DNA of 64,000 nt, from NCBI GenBank assembly GCA_016931255.1, contig JAFGFG010000005.1:7053-71052 (forward strand), read 5' to 3'. The notes beneath the pieces were generated by a model. It searched no databases and was not told the origin of the DNA. It was given only the letters and a program-made list of their open reading frames with translations. Positions 48,533 through 58,140 of the stretch are shown here, one piece after another. The stretch is from Candidatus Aenigmatarchaeota archaeon (GTDB lineage Archaea; Aenigmatarchaeota; Aenigmatarchaeia; QMZP01; JAFGSV01). A program made the translations under genes and the position numbers. Every line of letters begins with the position of its first letter. The first letter of the stretch is position 1.

Positions 48533-48748
48533 ATGGGAATTGAAGATTTTTTCAAGGGATGTGCAAAGAAACAGACATCAAGTGGCGGTGGATGCGGAGT
48601 AGGAATTTACATGCTTGGCTTCTTGGGAGCTCTGTTTTACTACCTTAATACTGCACCAAGCTTCTGGGTAGGTCTTGTTGGCATCCTAAAGGCACTGGTA
48701 TGGCCGGCCTTCCTTGTGTATGAAATATTTATGTTCTTTGGGGCATAG
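48533..48748 (+). CDS. small two-TM membrane protein
   Basis: MGIEDFFKGCAKKQTSSGGGCGVGIYMLGFLGALFYYL ... two hydrophobic helices. The ORF track start at 48503 is likely too far upstream. Confidence 0.35.
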   Translation: MGIEDFFKGCAKKQTSSGGGCGVGIYMLGFLGALFYYLNTAPSFWVGLVGILKALVWPAFLVYEIFMFFGA

Positions 48749-48769
48749 AACATTTCGTCGGGTTTTTGT

Positions 48770-48979
48770 ATGTTCGGACGAAAGAAGCGGTGCGAGTATT
48801 GCAAGATTGAGATAGCCAAAGGAAAGGAGATTTCCGAGAATGTTCGTGTTTACGGACGGAGCGACACACCTAAAAAGCACTTCTGCTCGGAAGATCATCT
48901 CGAAAAGTACGAAGAAAAGATAGACGCATTACTCGGAGACAGAAAACCCGGCGTGCGCTGCGGCATGTGCTTGAGATGA
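48770..48979 (+). CDS. small zinc-binding protein (TRASH/YHS-like Cys pattern)
   Basis: CEYCKIEIAKG ... HFCSEDHLEKY gives Cx2Cx24Cx3H spacing. 69 aa. Confidence 0.4.
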   Translation: MFGRKKRCEYCKIEIAKGKEISENVRVYGRSDTPKKHFCSEDHLEKYEEKIDALLGDRKPGVRCGMCLR

Positions 48980-49188
48980 AATCTGGATTCATCATGCGTT
49001 TCCTGCGTATTCACGCAGATTTCGTCGAAATATGATGGATTGAAGTTAGGATTACTGTAGAATTTTCCGGTGTTTCTGTCCACATATCCCTTCACGAACT
49101 TCTCATTGAGAGTATAAACATAATCGTTATATTCGTCTTCATCGTAATACCTGTCCTTTGCATCAGACCTGAAAAATAGATAATACAT
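48895..49188 (-). CDS. hypothetical Tyr/Asn-rich protein
   Basis: 97 aa. Overlaps the plus-strand zinc-binding ORF by 85 nt, so one of the two may be spurious. Confidence 0.3.
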   Translation of the reverse strand: MYYLFFRSDAKDRYYDEDEYNDYVYTLNEKFVKGYVDRNTGKFYSNPNFNPSYFDEICVNTQETHDESRFHLKHMPQRTPGFLSPSNASIFSSYFSR

Positions 49189-49391
49189 TCATAATTATCA
49201 CTAATAAGTAGTTAATATTAAGATTTAAGGTTCCTGATGCACGAATGATACCGTTTTTGACTGAAAAACTTCATTAAATGGTAGATTCTGTTGTTCCGCG
49301 TCACGCAGAAATATATTTCACTGCAGATAAAGAAGATGGAAATTCTTGAAAGTGTCGAATGGGCTCTAAGAAAAGCGGGATACTGGAATGA

Positions 49392-49601
49392 TTACTTAGA
49401 AAAGTAATCCCAGCTGTAAAAGTTGCCTCTTGCTGAGTGCTGGACAAATATGCCGTCAGGGAATTCAAAATTCCTTCTGATGTCATCATTCTCAACATCG
49501 CTGTAAAATCCGATTCTGTATCCCTTGCTCCCGACACCGAGTGTTATTTTCATGTATGCATCCGCGAGTTTTTCATGCATGGTCATCTTCGGTTCTTCCA
49601 T
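49392..49601 (-). CDS. hypothetical protein
   Basis: 69-aa ORF. No recognisable family. Confidence 0.3.
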   Translation of the reverse strand: MEEPKMTMHEKLADAYMKITLGVGSKGYRIGFYSDVENDDIRRNFEFPDGIFVQHSARGNFYSWDYFSK

Positions 49602-49693
49602 GACTTAGAAAGCAGAACAAGATTTAAAAGCAGGCAATGTACTAATACATCAATACTGCCAGTGCATGTTAACGGTTATGGGAATTTAAGGAT

Positions 49694-50137
49694 TTGTCTG
49701 GAATGGATACAACAAAAATGAGCGTCATGGATTTCATGAAGCCTGCAAAGACCATAACCAGGGATACCGAGATATCAGCCGCGCTCCGCATGCTGAGTGA
49801 ATCCGGAGCAGGCGTGCTCTCAGTGGTCGATGACGAGCACTTCCTGATAGGCGCAATAACCGAGAACAACTTCATACGCCTTGTCAGGCATACGCCTTCC
49901 TCCCCTCTCGAAGAACCCACATGGTACGACAGTATCGAATCCGAGGATGGAAAGAAGCCTGTTGAAAAGATAATGACGACCAACATAACGACTCTCAGTC
50001 CGAATGATGACATAAAGACAGCGCTGAAAATCATGAACTCCGTCGGATACAGGTTTGCACATGTTGTCAGCGATGAAAGAAAGCTGCTCGGCATGATATG
50101 GCTGAAGGACATTTTTATCAAGGTTTTCGGGGAGTGA
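49694..50137 (+). CDS. CBS-domain pair protein
   Basis: Two CBS motifs. 147 aa. Ends 2 nt before the antiporter start. Confidence 0.7.
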   Translation: MSGMDTTKMSVMDFMKPAKTITRDTEISAALRMLSESGAGVLSVVDDEHFLIGAITENNFIRLVRHTPSSPLEEPTWYDSIESEDGKKPVEKIMTTNITTLSPNDDIKTALKIMNSVGYRFAHVVSDERKLLGMIWLKDIFIKVFGE

Positions 50138-50138
50138 C

Positions 50139-51395
50139 ATGAGCCCGCTTATAGACCTGGCACTTCTGCTGTTCGGCGCCAAGCTGGGCGGAATACTCTT
50201 CAGCAAGATAAAGCAGCCCAGCATAGTCGGGGAGCTGATAGCGGGAATAATTTTAGGCCCATCGCTTCTCGCGATAGTCAACACTTCAAGCCTTGTCACA
50301 TCAGTTGCTGACCTTGGCCTCCTCTTCCTCATACTCCTCGTGAGCCTTACCATAGACTGGAAGAACCTCGAGGGCGGAACCGAGAGATATTCATGGATTG
50401 AGGTGACGAGGGCGGCGCTGGTCATAGTCCTGGTGTACGTGCTCTCGACCATATTTTCATGGGATATATACACATTCCTTACCATAGCCTTTGTTGCTGT
50501 CCTTTCGAGCACGGCCATAGTGTCACGGACGCTTGCTGACATGAAGAAGATGGACAGTCCTGAAGGGCAGAGCCTCATAGGGTTAGAGGTTGTCGACACA
50601 GTTTTCGGCATAATATGCGTTGCCATCCTGGCCAACATGCTCGGCGGGGAGATGATAACAGCAGAGCCCATACTCACCACTATATTCGTCATAGTCGGCA
50701 TCTTCGTGGTCATGGGAAGGGTCGGCTTCAGGATGGTCAATCGGCTCACAAATTCCATCCAGAAATACGGTGTTGAGGAAGCGCTGCTCGGATTCACGCT
50801 GCTTCTTGCATTCCTTCTTGGAAGCCTTACTGAGGGGCTCAAGCTCGAATCCATCCTCGGCGTCTTCATAGCGGGGATGATACTCAGCAGGAGCCCACAG
50901 CTTCCGATAATAGCCGGAAAGGTGAAGGACATAGGCGAGAGCTTCTTCATACCGATATTCTTCGCGTCAGTCGGGCTCACCATAAACATAATGTCTGCAT
51001 CCGGGAACTTCCTTCTGATGGCAGGAATGATAGTCGCCATCGTGCTTGTGAAGGTGGTCTCCTCCATGATAGCGCTCAGGCTTTTCAGCTACAGCACGCA
51101 GCAGTCGCTGAGGATAAGCTCGGGACTTGCAACACTCTCGGAGATGACCATAGTGATAGTGGCGCTGGCCTCTTCCAGGATAGACCAGAGCATATTCATC
51201 AGCCTGATAGTCTCGTACCTGATAATAAACGCTGTCTCCCCCATAGTCATGAACATGGCTTTCAGGCACGATTTTGATGTCAAGGCCCGCATGCTGAATC
51301 CCATGACTTATCGCAACGGCGGGAATGACGCAAGGAAGTACCATGCAAAGGTATACAACCGGAAGAAGAAAGTCTACAGTTATAAAACCAAATAG
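50139..51395 (+). CDS. cation:proton antiporter (CPA2, Kef/NapA-like)
   Basis: 11-12 TM helices. N-terminal GELIAGIILGPS matches the CPA2 family. 418 aa. Confidence 0.8.
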   Translation: MSPLIDLALLLFGAKLGGILFSKIKQPSIVGELIAGIILGPSLLAIVNTSSLVTSVADLGLLFLILLVSLTIDWKNLEGGTERYSWIEVTRAALVIVLVYVLSTIFSWDIYTFLTIAFVAVLSSTAIVSRTLADMKKMDSPEGQSLIGLEVVDTVFGIICVAILANMLGGEMITAEPILTTIFVIVGIFVVMGRVGFRMVNRLTNSIQKYGVEEALLGFTLLLAFLLGSLTEGLKLESILGVFIAGMILSRSPQLPIIAGKVKDIGESFFIPIFFASVGLTINIMSASGNFLLMAGMIVAIVLVKVVSSMIALRLFSYSTQQSLRISSGLATLSEMTIVIVALASSRIDQSIFISLIVSYLIINAVSPIVMNMAFRHDFDVKARMLNPMTYRNGGNDARKYHAKVYNRKKKVYSYKTK

Positions 51396-51965
51396 CTACT
51401 TTCCCCGGTATATCCTGTATGCGGACATTATCGCGACTGCGGAAAAAATCACTATTGCAACTACATGAAAATACGGAATCTGCATGGTCTGGGCTGCGGT
51501 ATTGATTGCAGCATCAGCGGCTTTCGGCGCACTCCCTGCGAGGGTTTCCGCGCTTTCGGCAACAGGCGCTCTCAGCATGTCCATTGACTGGTATGTTCCT
51601 GACGCGAAAGACGGTACATTGACCGCGTTTCTCAGCATGTCGCCTATTGACACTATGATTGCAAGAATGGAAACGGAGAGCAGTATCCATATCTTCGTGT
51701 CTGAAGGATTGAGAATGTTCTCGCCTTTCCTTGTGAGCTCGTAGTACTTCCATTTGTGGCCGTCGTCTATCATCTTCACAAGCCCTGCGCTCGTGAGGCT
51801 TTCCATGTGCTCCTTGACAGTCGATGGAGACATTCCGAGCTGCTTGGAAAGCTCTGTGAGCATCTTCCTTCTCTTTCCAAGGCTCTTGATTATGCTCACG
51901 CGCGTATCGGATGCTAGCGCCCTGAATGCCTCCCTGTCGAGCGTTATCTTGTCTTCCTCTATCAT
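51396..51965 (-). CDS. ArsR-type HTH regulator fused to a two-TM membrane anchor
   Basis: N-terminal ALASDTRVSIIKSL...LTELSKQLGMSPSTVKEHM is an ArsR-like wHTH. C-terminal hydrophobic helices. Confidence 0.55.
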   Translation of the reverse strand: MIEEDKITLDREAFRALASDTRVSIIKSLGKRRKMLTELSKQLGMSPSTVKEHMESLTSAGLVKMIDDGHKWKYYELTRKGENILNPSDTKIWILLSVSILAIIVSIGDMLRNAVNVPSFASGTYQSMDMLRAPVAESAETLAGSAPKAADAAINTAAQTMQIPYFHVVAIVIFSAVAIMSAYRIYRGK

Positions 51966-52079
51966 AATGCACCGTAGCCTGTACTTCCCACCAAGTAAAT
52001 CATTAATGTTACGATTAAAATGTATGACGATAGCATGGCAATGACTTTCCTGTCCATGAATGAGAATTGGATGGTAATA

Positions 52080-54794
52080 TTAACCCGCTTTCGTTTTGTT
52101 TCGGTTTTTGCCTAAATGTTCCAGCTCGAGCTCTGCGTAGCAGTCATCGTCATTTGCTGTTATTTTGAATCCTCTTTTTTCAAACATCTTTCTCATTATG
52201 TGATTCTCTTTCATGAAATTGGCGTAGACTTTCTTTATGCCGCGCTTTCTGGCTATTTCGAGTATGTAGTCCGTGAACCTGTCACCGAGCCCCAGATTCT
52301 GCCACGGGTCTGCGACCACTATGGCGAATTCAGCAGTCTCGTTGTAAGGGTCAGCGATGAGTCTTACCACCCCGGCCATCTTCTTCCTTCCCCTCTCTTC
52401 GATTTCGGCTATTATGGCGATTTCCCTGTCGTAGTCTATCTGGGTGTACCTGATGAGCATGTCGTGGGTTATGTCCTTTATGAGCTCGAAGAACCTGAAG
52501 CGCTGCGTCTGCTCCGAGAACTTGGTGAACATCTCGCCCTCCATGTGCTCGTCCTCCGGCCTTATGGGCCTGAGGATTGCGGTCCTTCCGTCATTCATCT
52601 TGAATTCGGTGACGTATTCCTTCGGGTACGGTGATATGACCATGTGGCCGTAAGCATTCCTGTCTTTCCTGCACTCCTCGATGACAATCTTGGCGTCGAG
52701 CACCACTCCGCCCTTCTCGTCTATTCCGAACGGGTTTATGTCTATCTCCTTTATTTCAGGGAAGTCCTGGAGCAGGTAGGCGAACTTGTAAAGCAGGAAT
52801 TCCAGGGTGCTTATGTCGACACCCTTCATGCCCCTGTAGCCCCTGAGAAGATTGTATATTTTGGTCTCCTCTATCAGCCTCTTTGCAAGCATCATGTTGA
52901 GCGGCGGCAGTCCTACATTCGTGTCCTTGAAGACCTCGACAGCCACGCCTCCCATCCCGAAAAGTATGGCCGGCCCGAAAATGGTGTCCCTCTTGCTTCC
53001 TATCAGTAGCTCGTATTTCTTTGAGATCATCTGTTCAACGAAAACTCCCCTTATGTCAGCCTTGGGTACGTGCTTTTTCGCGGATTTAATTATATCATTG
53101 AATGCATCGGATACGTCCTTTTCGTTCATTATGTTAAGCTTTACTCCTCCCACATCCGTCTTGTGGAGTATGTCCGGCGAGAGAATCTTCATGACCACAG
53201 GGAACCCTATGTCCGAAGCCATCTTACGGGCTTCCTTAGCGGTCCTGGCAACCCCGCTCTTCGTTACAGGTATCTCGTAATTGGAAAGGAATTCCTTGGC
53301 CTCCTGCTCGGTGAGCGTCTTCCTGCCATCGTCAAACACACTTTGTATTATCTTCCTGTTCTCTTCTGTTTTCGGCTTTATCGCATGCGGTATGGTTGCC
53401 GGAGTCTCGTAGAGGAGCTCTATGTTCCTTGCGTACCTGTGCATGTACATGAACGACTTCACTGCGTGTTCCGGTGTCTCGTAAACAGGGATATTCGATT
53501 TCTTGAGTATGTCCTTCGCATCCATGACATCCCTTCCTCCCATCCATGATGCGAGCATGGTCTTCTTCTTGAGCTTGTTGAGTTCTCCTATCTCCCTGGC
53601 TATTCCGTCCGCATCAGTCATCGCCTGCGGGGTGAGCATTACCAGTATGCCGTCAACGTTCCTGTCTTCCATGCATACATCTATTGCTAACCTGAATCTG
53701 TCGGGTCCTGCATCTCCAAGCACGTCTATCGGATTGGAGAAGTTGCACATAGGCGGAAGCGCGTTCCTGAGCTTCTTTTCAGAATCCCTGCTGAAACTGG
53801 CCATCTCCCCTCCCAGTGATGAGAGCGCGTCCGTGGCTATCACGCCGGGTCCCCCCGCGTTCGTGACTATCGCCAGCCTCTTGCCCTTTGGTCTTCTCTG
53901 CATCGAGAGCGTCTGGGCGCAGTCGAAGAGTTCGCCTATCTCGTTGACCCTGACTATGCCGGCCCTCCTGAAGGCTGCATCGAATACGTAGTCGTTGCCT
54001 GCCAGCGCGCCTGTGTGAGATTTTGCAGCCTTGGCACCGGCTTCGCTCTTTCCGGACTTCAGTACGACTATCGGCTTGTTCCTCGCGAACGAACGGGCGG
54101 CGCTGAGAAACTTTCTTGCATCCTTGAGCGACTCCATGTATATCACGATACTGGAGGTTTCCGGATCGCTTCCGAAGTAGTCTATCAGGTCATGGAAGCT
54201 CACGTCTATCATCGAGCCTATCGAGACGAAGTAGCTGAATCCAACGTTCTGGTTCACTGACCAGTCGAGCATGGCTGTTCCAAGCGCTCCGCTCTGGGAA
54301 ATGAATGCTATCCTTCCCTTCTTTGGTATCTTGCTTCCGAAAGTTGCATTAAGATTTATGGAAGGTTTTATGAGCCCCAGACAGTTCGGGCCTATTATCC
54401 TCATGCCGTACTTCCTGGCGGTCCTGAGCATGCCGTCAGCAGCTTTCTCGCCTTCTTCCCCCATCTCGCTGAAACCGGCTGATGTTATGACTATGCCGGA
54501 GACGCCGCATTTTCCGCATTCCTCGACTATGCCGGGGACAGTTGGCGCAGGGGTCGCTATGACAGCGAGGTCGACCTTGTCCGGTATGTCTTTTATGCTT
54601 GGATATGCCTTGACCCCCTGGACGCCTTCCCTCTTCGGGTTGACAGGGTAGACTATGCCGTCGAAGTCATTGCCTATGAGGTTCCTGAAAATAGCATAAC
54701 CGACGCTGTTCTTGTTGTTGGTCGCTCCCACGACAGCTACGACCTTGGGGTTGAACATTTTGTCGAGCTTCTCTCTTGTCATCTGAAAAACCAT
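52080..54794 (-). CDS. Pat-like fusion: NDP-forming acyl-CoA synthetase (ACD alpha+beta) with C-terminal GNAT acetyltransferase
   Basis: 904 aa. N-terminal CoA-binding domain (VVAVVGATNNKNSVGY). Succinyl-CoA-synthetase-like ligase and ATP-grasp segments. C-terminal ~190-aa GNAT (IAIIAEIEERGRKKMAGVVRL ... WQNLGLGDRF). Confidence 0.8.
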   Translation of the reverse strand: MVFQMTREKLDKMFNPKVVAVVGATNNKNSVGYAIFRNLIGNDFDGIVYPVNPKREGVQGVKAYPSIKDIPDKVDLAVIATPAPTVPGIVEECGKCGVSGIVITSAGFSEMGEEGEKAADGMLRTARKYGMRIIGPNCLGLIKPSINLNATFGSKIPKKGRIAFISQSGALGTAMLDWSVNQNVGFSYFVSIGSMIDVSFHDLIDYFGSDPETSSIVIYMESLKDARKFLSAARSFARNKPIVVLKSGKSEAGAKAAKSHTGALAGNDYVFDAAFRRAGIVRVNEIGELFDCAQTLSMQRRPKGKRLAIVTNAGGPGVIATDALSSLGGEMASFSRDSEKKLRNALPPMCNFSNPIDVLGDAGPDRFRLAIDVCMEDRNVDGILVMLTPQAMTDADGIAREIGELNKLKKKTMLASWMGGRDVMDAKDILKKSNIPVYETPEHAVKSFMYMHRYARNIELLYETPATIPHAIKPKTEENRKIIQSVFDDGRKTLTEQEAKEFLSNYEIPVTKSGVARTAKEARKMASDIGFPVVMKILSPDILHKTDVGGVKLNIMNEKDVSDAFNDIIKSAKKHVPKADIRGVFVEQMISKKYELLIGSKRDTIFGPAILFGMGGVAVEVFKDTNVGLPPLNMMLAKRLIEETKIYNLLRGYRGMKGVDISTLEFLLYKFAYLLQDFPEIKEIDINPFGIDEKGGVVLDAKIVIEECRKDRNAYGHMVISPYPKEYVTEFKMNDGRTAILRPIRPEDEHMEGEMFTKFSEQTQRFRFFELIKDITHDMLIRYTQIDYDREIAIIAEIEERGRKKMAGVVRLIADPYNETAEFAIVVADPWQNLGLGDRFTDYILEIARKRGIKKVYANFMKENHIMRKMFEKRGFKITANDDDCYAELELEHLGKNRNKTKAG

Positions 54795-54839
54795 TTAAAA
54801 TCGATAAAATAACATTGTATGAGAGCTTATTTAAGTGAT

Positions 54840-56246
54840 TTATGTGTCAGATGTTTTTCCTTCCCATTTCCTTAGCCAGAAGCCGCTCCTGAGGAAAATC
54901 ATGAACACAACGAATCCAAGAACGTTGCCGATTGGGAATCCCCACCATATGCCGCTAATGCCCATTCCGCCGACGAGCCAGTATGCCACGGACAGTGTCA
55001 CGGACCATCTGAATATGTTGATGAGCATCTGGAGCGTGGTCCTTCCGGCTGCCTGGAATGCAGCTCCGGTGATGAAGACGAGTCCCATGAATATATAGCC
55101 AAGAGATATTATCTGGAAGTATTCAGTGCCTATGGAGAGCACTTCTGCGTCAGATGTGAATGGCGAGAACAGGACCTGCGGCGCGAAATACCAAATGGAC
55201 ATTATGAGCAGCATGAAGAGAATCGCAGCATATGATGTCAGAGATACGCATTTCTTAACGCGGTTCATCTTACCTGCCCCGATGTTCTGCCCGATGAACG
55301 GCACAACGGCGTTGCCGAGGCCGACCAGCGGCATTATCGCCAGCGATTCGAGTCTTATGCCAACACCAAATGCTGCCAGTGCACCAACACCGAACGTACC
55401 CACAAGACTCGTAAGCAGTATCATGCCTATGCTGTTTATGGACTGGCTTAACGATGACGGCCAACCTATCATGAATATCCTTTTGAGTATCGATGGGGTG
55501 AAGCAGAAGCATCTGGGCTCTATCCTGACTGCGGACTTTCCTCTCAGGAGATGCGAGACGTTGAGTGATGCGCCCAATGACCTCGATATTATGGTTGCCC
55601 ACCCGGCACCGACAAGCCCCATCGCAGGTACCGGCCCGAAGCCAAAGATGAATATGGGGTCAAGTATTATGTTCGCTATAACGGATACAGCGAGGTTCCT
55701 TGTAGGCGTCTTTGAGTCACCACCGGCCTGTATTATGCCCTGTGAAAGGAACCCTATGAAAAGGAACATGAACCCCACGAATATGAGGTTGGCATAAGCG
55801 ACCGTCATCTGGAGGATTTCTCCGTGAACGCCCATGAATTCGAAGAGCGGCGGCGAGAACATTATGCCGAATACTGCCACCGCGATGCCGACCAGCACGG
55901 CTGCAAGCAGCGAGTGCTCCGCTATGTTGGATGCATCATCATGCTTCCTGGCACCGAGTGCCTGCGACACGAGCGCGGTTGTTCCGACTGCAAGTCCTAC
56001 TGCAATGGCTATGAATATGAATACCACAGGGAATGTCACGCTTATCGCAGCAAGCTGCTCGGAGCCGAGCATGCCCACGTAGAACGTGTCTATTATGTTG
56101 AATGCAGTCTGAAGGAACATGCCGAGGACTATGGGCGCAGCCAGGAAAAATATAGTCCTGCCTATCGGACCTTTGGCCAGGTCCTTTCCGCGTCTGTCTC
56201 CGTTCATAAAAACACCTCTATAGTGAGGTTGAGTCCTTATAAACAT
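54840..56246 (-). CDS. MATE-family multidrug/oligosaccharide efflux transporter
   Basis: 12 TM helices. Duplicated 6-TM MATE pattern with conserved GQ/GG motifs. 468 aa. Confidence 0.85.
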   Translation of the reverse strand: MFIRTQPHYRGVFMNGDRRGKDLAKGPIGRTIFFLAAPIVLGMFLQTAFNIIDTFYVGMLGSEQLAAISVTFPVVFIFIAIAVGLAVGTTALVSQALGARKHDDASNIAEHSLLAAVLVGIAVAVFGIMFSPPLFEFMGVHGEILQMTVAYANLIFVGFMFLFIGFLSQGIIQAGGDSKTPTRNLAVSVIANIILDPIFIFGFGPVPAMGLVGAGWATIISRSLGASLNVSHLLRGKSAVRIEPRCFCFTPSILKRIFMIGWPSSLSQSINSIGMILLTSLVGTFGVGALAAFGVGIRLESLAIMPLVGLGNAVVPFIGQNIGAGKMNRVKKCVSLTSYAAILFMLLIMSIWYFAPQVLFSPFTSDAEVLSIGTEYFQIISLGYIFMGLVFITGAAFQAAGRTTLQMLINIFRWSVTLSVAYWLVGGMGISGIWWGFPIGNVLGFVVFMIFLRSGFWLRKWEGKTSDT

Positions 56247-56294
56247 TCAAATCATCCGGTGCTATTTAAGAGGACTGAACACAAAAAGAATGAA

Positions 56295-56891
56295 ATGGAC
56301 GTCATTGCATTTCTCATAGTGAACTGGTACAGCTATATACTGATACCAATCCTCATATTCGCCGCAAGGATAGTGGATGTCAGCATCGGCACCATACGTG
56401 TCATATTCATTTCGAGAGGGCTGAAGTTCCTTGCCCCTCTACTTGGTTTCTTCGAGGTGCTTATCTGGCTCATAGCCATACAGAACATACTCGCCAACCT
56501 TACGAACGTTTTCTGCTATCTTGGATATGCAGGCGGATTTGCCACAGGAACGTACATAGGCATACTTCTGGAAGAGAAGATATCCATGGGCAAGGTCATA
56601 ATAAGGATAATAACAGGGAAGGACGCAAGCGCGCTTCTCGATGCGCTCAAGAATGCTAGGTGCACAGTGACCAGCACGGGAGCGGAAGGCCCGGACGGCA
56701 ACGTCAAGCTAATACTTTCGGTATTCGACAGGCAGGACCTACACAAGGTGATAAAGCTCATAAAGAAGCACAATCCCACGGCATTTTATTCGGTGGAAGA
56801 CGTCAGGCTGGCGAGCGATATCGTGAAGGATTCTGCCCATAACAAGAAGACATTCAGGCGCCACTTCATGAAGCATGCCGTGAGGAAGTAA
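56295..56891 (+). CDS. membrane protein with C-terminal DUF2179-like domain (UPF0316-like)
   Basis: The real start is the internal Met (MDVIAFLIVNW). The ORF track start at 55824 runs antisense through the MATE gene. Three N-terminal TM helices then a soluble domain. Confidence 0.45.
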   Translation: MDVIAFLIVNWYSYILIPILIFAARIVDVSIGTIRVIFISRGLKFLAPLLGFFEVLIWLIAIQNILANLTNVFCYLGYAGGFATGTYIGILLEEKISMGKVIIRIITGKDASALLDALKNARCTVTSTGAEGPDGNVKLILSVFDRQDLHKVIKLIKKHNPTAFYSVEDVRLASDIVKDSAHNKKTFRRHFMKHAVRK

Positions 56892-58136
56892 TCAGTCCCT
56901 GAAGCAGTACTGCGTCTCCTGAAAAGGCTTCCTGAATTCCACGACTTCCTTCGCAACCTCTTCCGGCTGCTTCCCTTCAATGACGACCTTCTTCATGAGT
57001 GCCGCTATTTCCTTCATCTCGGGCTCCTTCATACCAATCCTTGTCATTTCCTGGACTCCTATTCTCAGTCCTGACGGATCCGATGCGCTCCTGTCAGCGT
57101 CGCATGCCAGGAGGTTCTTGTTCAGGACGATGTTCGCGTTCTCAAGCTTCACGGCCACGTCCGTTCCGCCTCCGTTCTTCTCCACATTGATGAGTATCTG
57201 GTGGGACTTCGTGAATCCCTTTTCCTCTGCAAGCGTGTCGAACCCGAGTTCGTACGTCGCCTGCCCGAGGGCCTGCGCATTGATGACCACCTGCGCCGCG
57301 TACTCCTTTCCGTACTCCATCATCTCGTGGATGGTTATGGCCATCGCCGGTATCCTGTGAAGGTGATGGTTCGATATCAGCCCCGGGAAGACCTTGGACT
57401 GTAGCTTCTTCCACATCTCGTCGCTGGTATTGCCCAGAATGAGCCCTCCCTGCGGACCGGGAAATGTCTTGTGGGTGGACGATGTCATCAGCTCGGCACC
57501 CTCCTTCATCGGGTCCTGGAACTGCTTCCCTGCTATCAGCCCGAGAACGTGCGCTGCATCGTAGAGCAGCTTCGCTCCTATGTCATCGCAGACCTCCCGG
57601 ACTTCCTTCACAGGATGGGGAAAAAGTATGACCGAGCCGCCAAGTGTCACCACGTTCGGCTTTATGTCGCGTATCTTCTTCAGTGTGGCGTCAGTGTCTA
57701 TGTTGTATTCCTTCTCATCGAAGACAGCGTGCTCCACCCTGTAGCCGAGTATGCCCGCGATGCCGAATGACTCATGCGAGATGTGAGAGCCGCCCATGAG
57801 CCCCGGACTCATCAGTATGTCGCCGTGACCGCCCAGTGCAGCAAATGCCGCCATGTTGGAAGTTCCTCCTGAAAGTACCCTCAGCTCTGCCTGCCTGACG
57901 CCGAACAGCTTTCTGGTCATCTCGGTTGTCTTGTCTTCTATGGGGTCGATGTACTTCGCTCCCTGGTAATACCTCTTGTAAGGGGAGCCTTCAGCATAAC
58001 GGTGCATGAAATCGGACATGTACACTTTTTCAGCAGCCTCGGACATCCGGTTCTCGCTGGCTATCATGTTTATGCATTCCTTCATGCGCCACTGGTTCTG
58101 TTTTTCAACCAGTTCAAATACTTCTTTCATTTCCAT
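56892..58136 (-). CDS. glyA: serine hydroxymethyltransferase
   Basis: PLP-lysine region SSTHKTFPGPQGG plus N-terminal SHMT blocks. 414 aa. Confidence 0.9.
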   Translation of the reverse strand: MEMKEVFELVEKQNQWRMKECINMIASENRMSEAAEKVYMSDFMHRYAEGSPYKRYYQGAKYIDPIEDKTTEMTRKLFGVRQAELRVLSGGTSNMAAFAALGGHGDILMSPGLMGGSHISHESFGIAGILGYRVEHAVFDEKEYNIDTDATLKKIRDIKPNVVTLGGSVILFPHPVKEVREVCDDIGAKLLYDAAHVLGLIAGKQFQDPMKEGAELMTSSTHKTFPGPQGGLILGNTSDEMWKKLQSKVFPGLISNHHLHRIPAMAITIHEMMEYGKEYAAQVVINAQALGQATYELGFDTLAEEKGFTKSHQILINVEKNGGGTDVAVKLENANIVLNKNLLACDADRSASDPSGLRIGVQEMTRIGMKEPEMKEIAALMKKVVIEGKQPEEVAKEVVEFRKPFQETQYCFRD

Positions 58137-58140
58137 AAAA

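Noticed and set aside
49820-51067. 415-aa minus-strand ORF
   Set aside because: It is antisense to the CBS gene and the CPA2 antiporter gene. The sequence is Ser/Pro/Thr-rich and low-complexity with no motifs, whereas the plus-strand ORFs have clear CBS and 12-TM antiporter signatures.
55824-56294. N-terminal 157 aa of the 355-aa plus-strand ORF 55824..56891
   Set aside because: This portion runs antisense through the MATE transporter gene. The membrane protein most likely starts at the internal Met at 56295.
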